64,000 nt of DNA, taken from sequence record PP712906.1, one strand, 5' to 3'. The number at the start of each line of letters is the position of its first letter. Within the stretch, counting starts at the first letter, position 1. Under the pieces are notes generated by a model. It searched no databases and was not told the DNA's origin. It saw only the letters and a program-made list of their open reading frames with translations. This document shows positions 62,493 to 64,000 of this stretch, one piece after another. The position numbers were made by a program, and so were the translations under genes.

Positions 62493-63229
62493 GAATTTTT
62501 ATTTTTAGTGGTGCTGGACTTGACGCCGAATCAGGTATCAGCACGTTTCGAGACGCAAATGGTTTGTGGGAAAATCATGATATTATGCAAGTTTGCAATA
62601 TCAATACATTCCTCAACAACTACGAGTTGACTCACAAGTTTTACAACCAACGTCGCGTGCAATTGGCAGATGTTCACCCGAACGCAGCACATTACAAAAT
62701 TGCTGAACTATGCGAAAAATACGACGTTGACAATTACACTGCGAACGTTTCTGATCTATTAGAGCGTGCGGGGTGTAAAGATGTGAAGCACATTCACGGT
62801 GAATTGACCAAGATTGTGCAAGATTACACATCAAAAGACAGTACGGTCATTGACATTGGTTACAATGAATATGAACTACGCACTGGTCGACGCGATAAAC
62901 CGGGTGTTGTATTCTTCAATGAAGGCGCGCCGATGTACACGCAGCTCTGGGGTGATATTGACACTCTATTGCCAAGCGACATTGCTATCGTTGTTGGTTC
63001 AACTCTCGAAATCAACCCAATCCATTGGGATTTGGCAAAAACGGGTTGTAAATTCATTTTAATTAATCCGACTGGCATTGATACAGAGAAACACACTGAA
63101 TTGAATGAAGCTATCCGAATGTGTGATATTTTCATCAACAAGCCAGCCACTGAGGCATTTGATGAAATTGACAAGCATATTGAAGAACATGTTTCTATTC
63201 ACTTTCCACATGGCATCCCTTCTGTTTGA
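62489..63229 (+). CDS. Sir2/CobB-family NAD-dependent protein, atypical (TTG start)
   Basis: FSGAGLDAESGISTFRD..GLWE, PNAAH, IHGEL, KPGVVFFNE, VGSTL, INP. Confidence 0.9.
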   Translation: MRIFIFSGAGLDAESGISTFRDANGLWENHDIMQVCNINTFLNNYELTHKFYNQRRVQLADVHPNAAHYKIAELCEKYDVDNYTANVSDLLERAGCKDVKHIHGELTKIVQDYTSKDSTVIDIGYNEYELRTGRRDKPGVVFFNEGAPMYTQLWGDIDTLLPSDIAIVVGSTLEINPIHWDLAKTGCKFILINPTGIDTEKHTELNEAIRMCDIFINKPATEAFDEIDKHIEEHVSIHFPHGIPSV

Positions 63230-63392
63230 AGCAATCGGGATTATCATTAGTGCGAGTGGTGCTGCTGTTTCTTTCATATCAGCGTTTTTACTCATTCTAG
63301 ATAAGTTGTATATTTTAGCAGTATGTGCGTCTATACTAGGCGCACTGTTAACGTACTGCTATGTGAAATTGAGTGAGGAACATGATGTCTAA
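63189..63392 (+). CDS. Small membrane protein (start uncertain: 63189 or 63210)
   Basis: Two long hydrophobic stretches. Overlaps the end of sir2 and the start of gene 39. Confidence 0.5.
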   Translation: MFLFTFHMASLLFEAIGIIISASGAAVSFISAFLLILDKLYILAVCASILGALLTYCYVKLSEEHDV

Positions 63393-64000
63393 GCAAGACA
63401 ATTTTCAAATTTTATCAGACAAACAACACGTGCTTAAACGCCCGGGCATGTACATCGGGTCAGTTGATAGAGAAGCACATGAACGTTTTGTTCTAGGCGA
63501 ATACAAGCAAATCGAATATGTACCGGGTCTTGTGAAAATCATCAACGAAGTGATTGACAACTCTCTTGACGAGGCGATTCGTACGAAATTCAAATTTGCA
63601 AATGTCATCGAAGTCAAGGTCGAAGGCAATCGAATTACTATTGCAGATAACGGTCGCGGTATTCCGCAAGACAAGGTTATCGACCCGCATGGTAATGAAC
63701 TTCTTCGACCAGAAGCTGCGTGGACTCGCACAAAGGCAGGTAGCAACTTTGAAGACGACCGAACAACGGTTGGTATGAACGGGGTTGGTGCTGCATTAAC
63801 AAACTACTTCAGTCATCAATTCATCGGTAAGACGTGTGATGGTAAGAACACAGTTACCGTAAGCTGTTCGAACAACGCAGAGCGTATTTTCGTTAGAACT
63901 TCGAAAGGTGGCACACAAGGTACGTCGGTTGAATTCATCCCTGATTTCAATCGTTTTGGTGTCTTCGGTATTTCACCACAAGACGAAGAAATCATCAAAG
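63385..64000 (+). CDS. 39: Type II topoisomerase large (ATPase) subunit gp39, N-terminal part, runs off the window; absent from the ORF track
   Basis: Translated by hand: LSDKQHVLKRPGMYIGS...PGLVKIINEVIDNSLDE...DNGRGIP...KAGSNFEDD...GMNGVGA (GHKL). GAGGA site at 63375. Confidence 0.95.
   Translation, partial: MSKQDNFQILSDKQHVLKRPGMYIGSVDREAHERFVLGEYKQIEYVPGLVKIINEVIDNSLDEAIRTKFKFANVIEVKVEGNRITIADNGRGIPQDKVIDPHGNELLRPEAAWTRTKAGSNFEDDRTTVGMNGVGAALTNYFSHQFIGKTCDGKNTVTVSCSNNAERIFVRTSKGGTQGTSVEFIPDFNRFGVFGISPQDEEIIK

Overview
A 64-kb piece of a large T4-like myovirus genome (Straboviridae). From recalled protein motifs and gene order it most resembles the Vibrio KVP40-type phages (Schizotequatrovirus). 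No database search was run; all homology calls come from reading motifs. 1-20.5 kb is the virion module: 10(partial)-11-12-12'-wac-13-14-15-[extra gene]-16-17-18-19-20-67-68-21-22-23. 20.6-32.5 kb is a mixed accessory region: a CCA-adding enzyme, a foldon-bearing fibre-like gene, up to three Inh-like genes, candidate packaged internal proteins, uvsW, a YqeY protein and uvsY. 32.7-39.2 kb holds genes 35 and 34 on the minus strand, without 36-38. 39.2-55.5 kb is replication and nucleotide metabolism: rnh, dsbA, 33, 59, 32, frd, a ClpP-like gene, uvsX, 40, 41, glutaredoxin, nrdD, nrdG, 61, dut, dexA. 55.5-64 kb is a run of small early ORFs with td, MazG-like, nucleotidyltransferase-like, Srd-like, Sir2 and the start of topoisomerase gene 39. 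T4-type late promoters (TATAAATA or TCTAAATA), sigma70-like promoters and intrinsic terminators are visible. No tRNA, rRNA, CRISPR array, intron or homing endonuclease was seen. The most notable unexplained signals are: (1) a 74-bp non-coding element present twice 28 kb apart (63/74 identical), made of a hairpin plus an exact 9-bp-period TTAG array and lying between a terminator and a promoter (origin or operator candidate); (2) a 66-aa type IV prepilin mimic; (3) a late, probably packaged protein resembling the phosphorothioation-associated methyltransferase accessory domain; (4) a gp15 extended by a 14-residue Trp repeat; (5) fibritin foldon motifs absent from Wac but doubled on another gene; (6) a one-base frameshift at the 3' end of nrdD.
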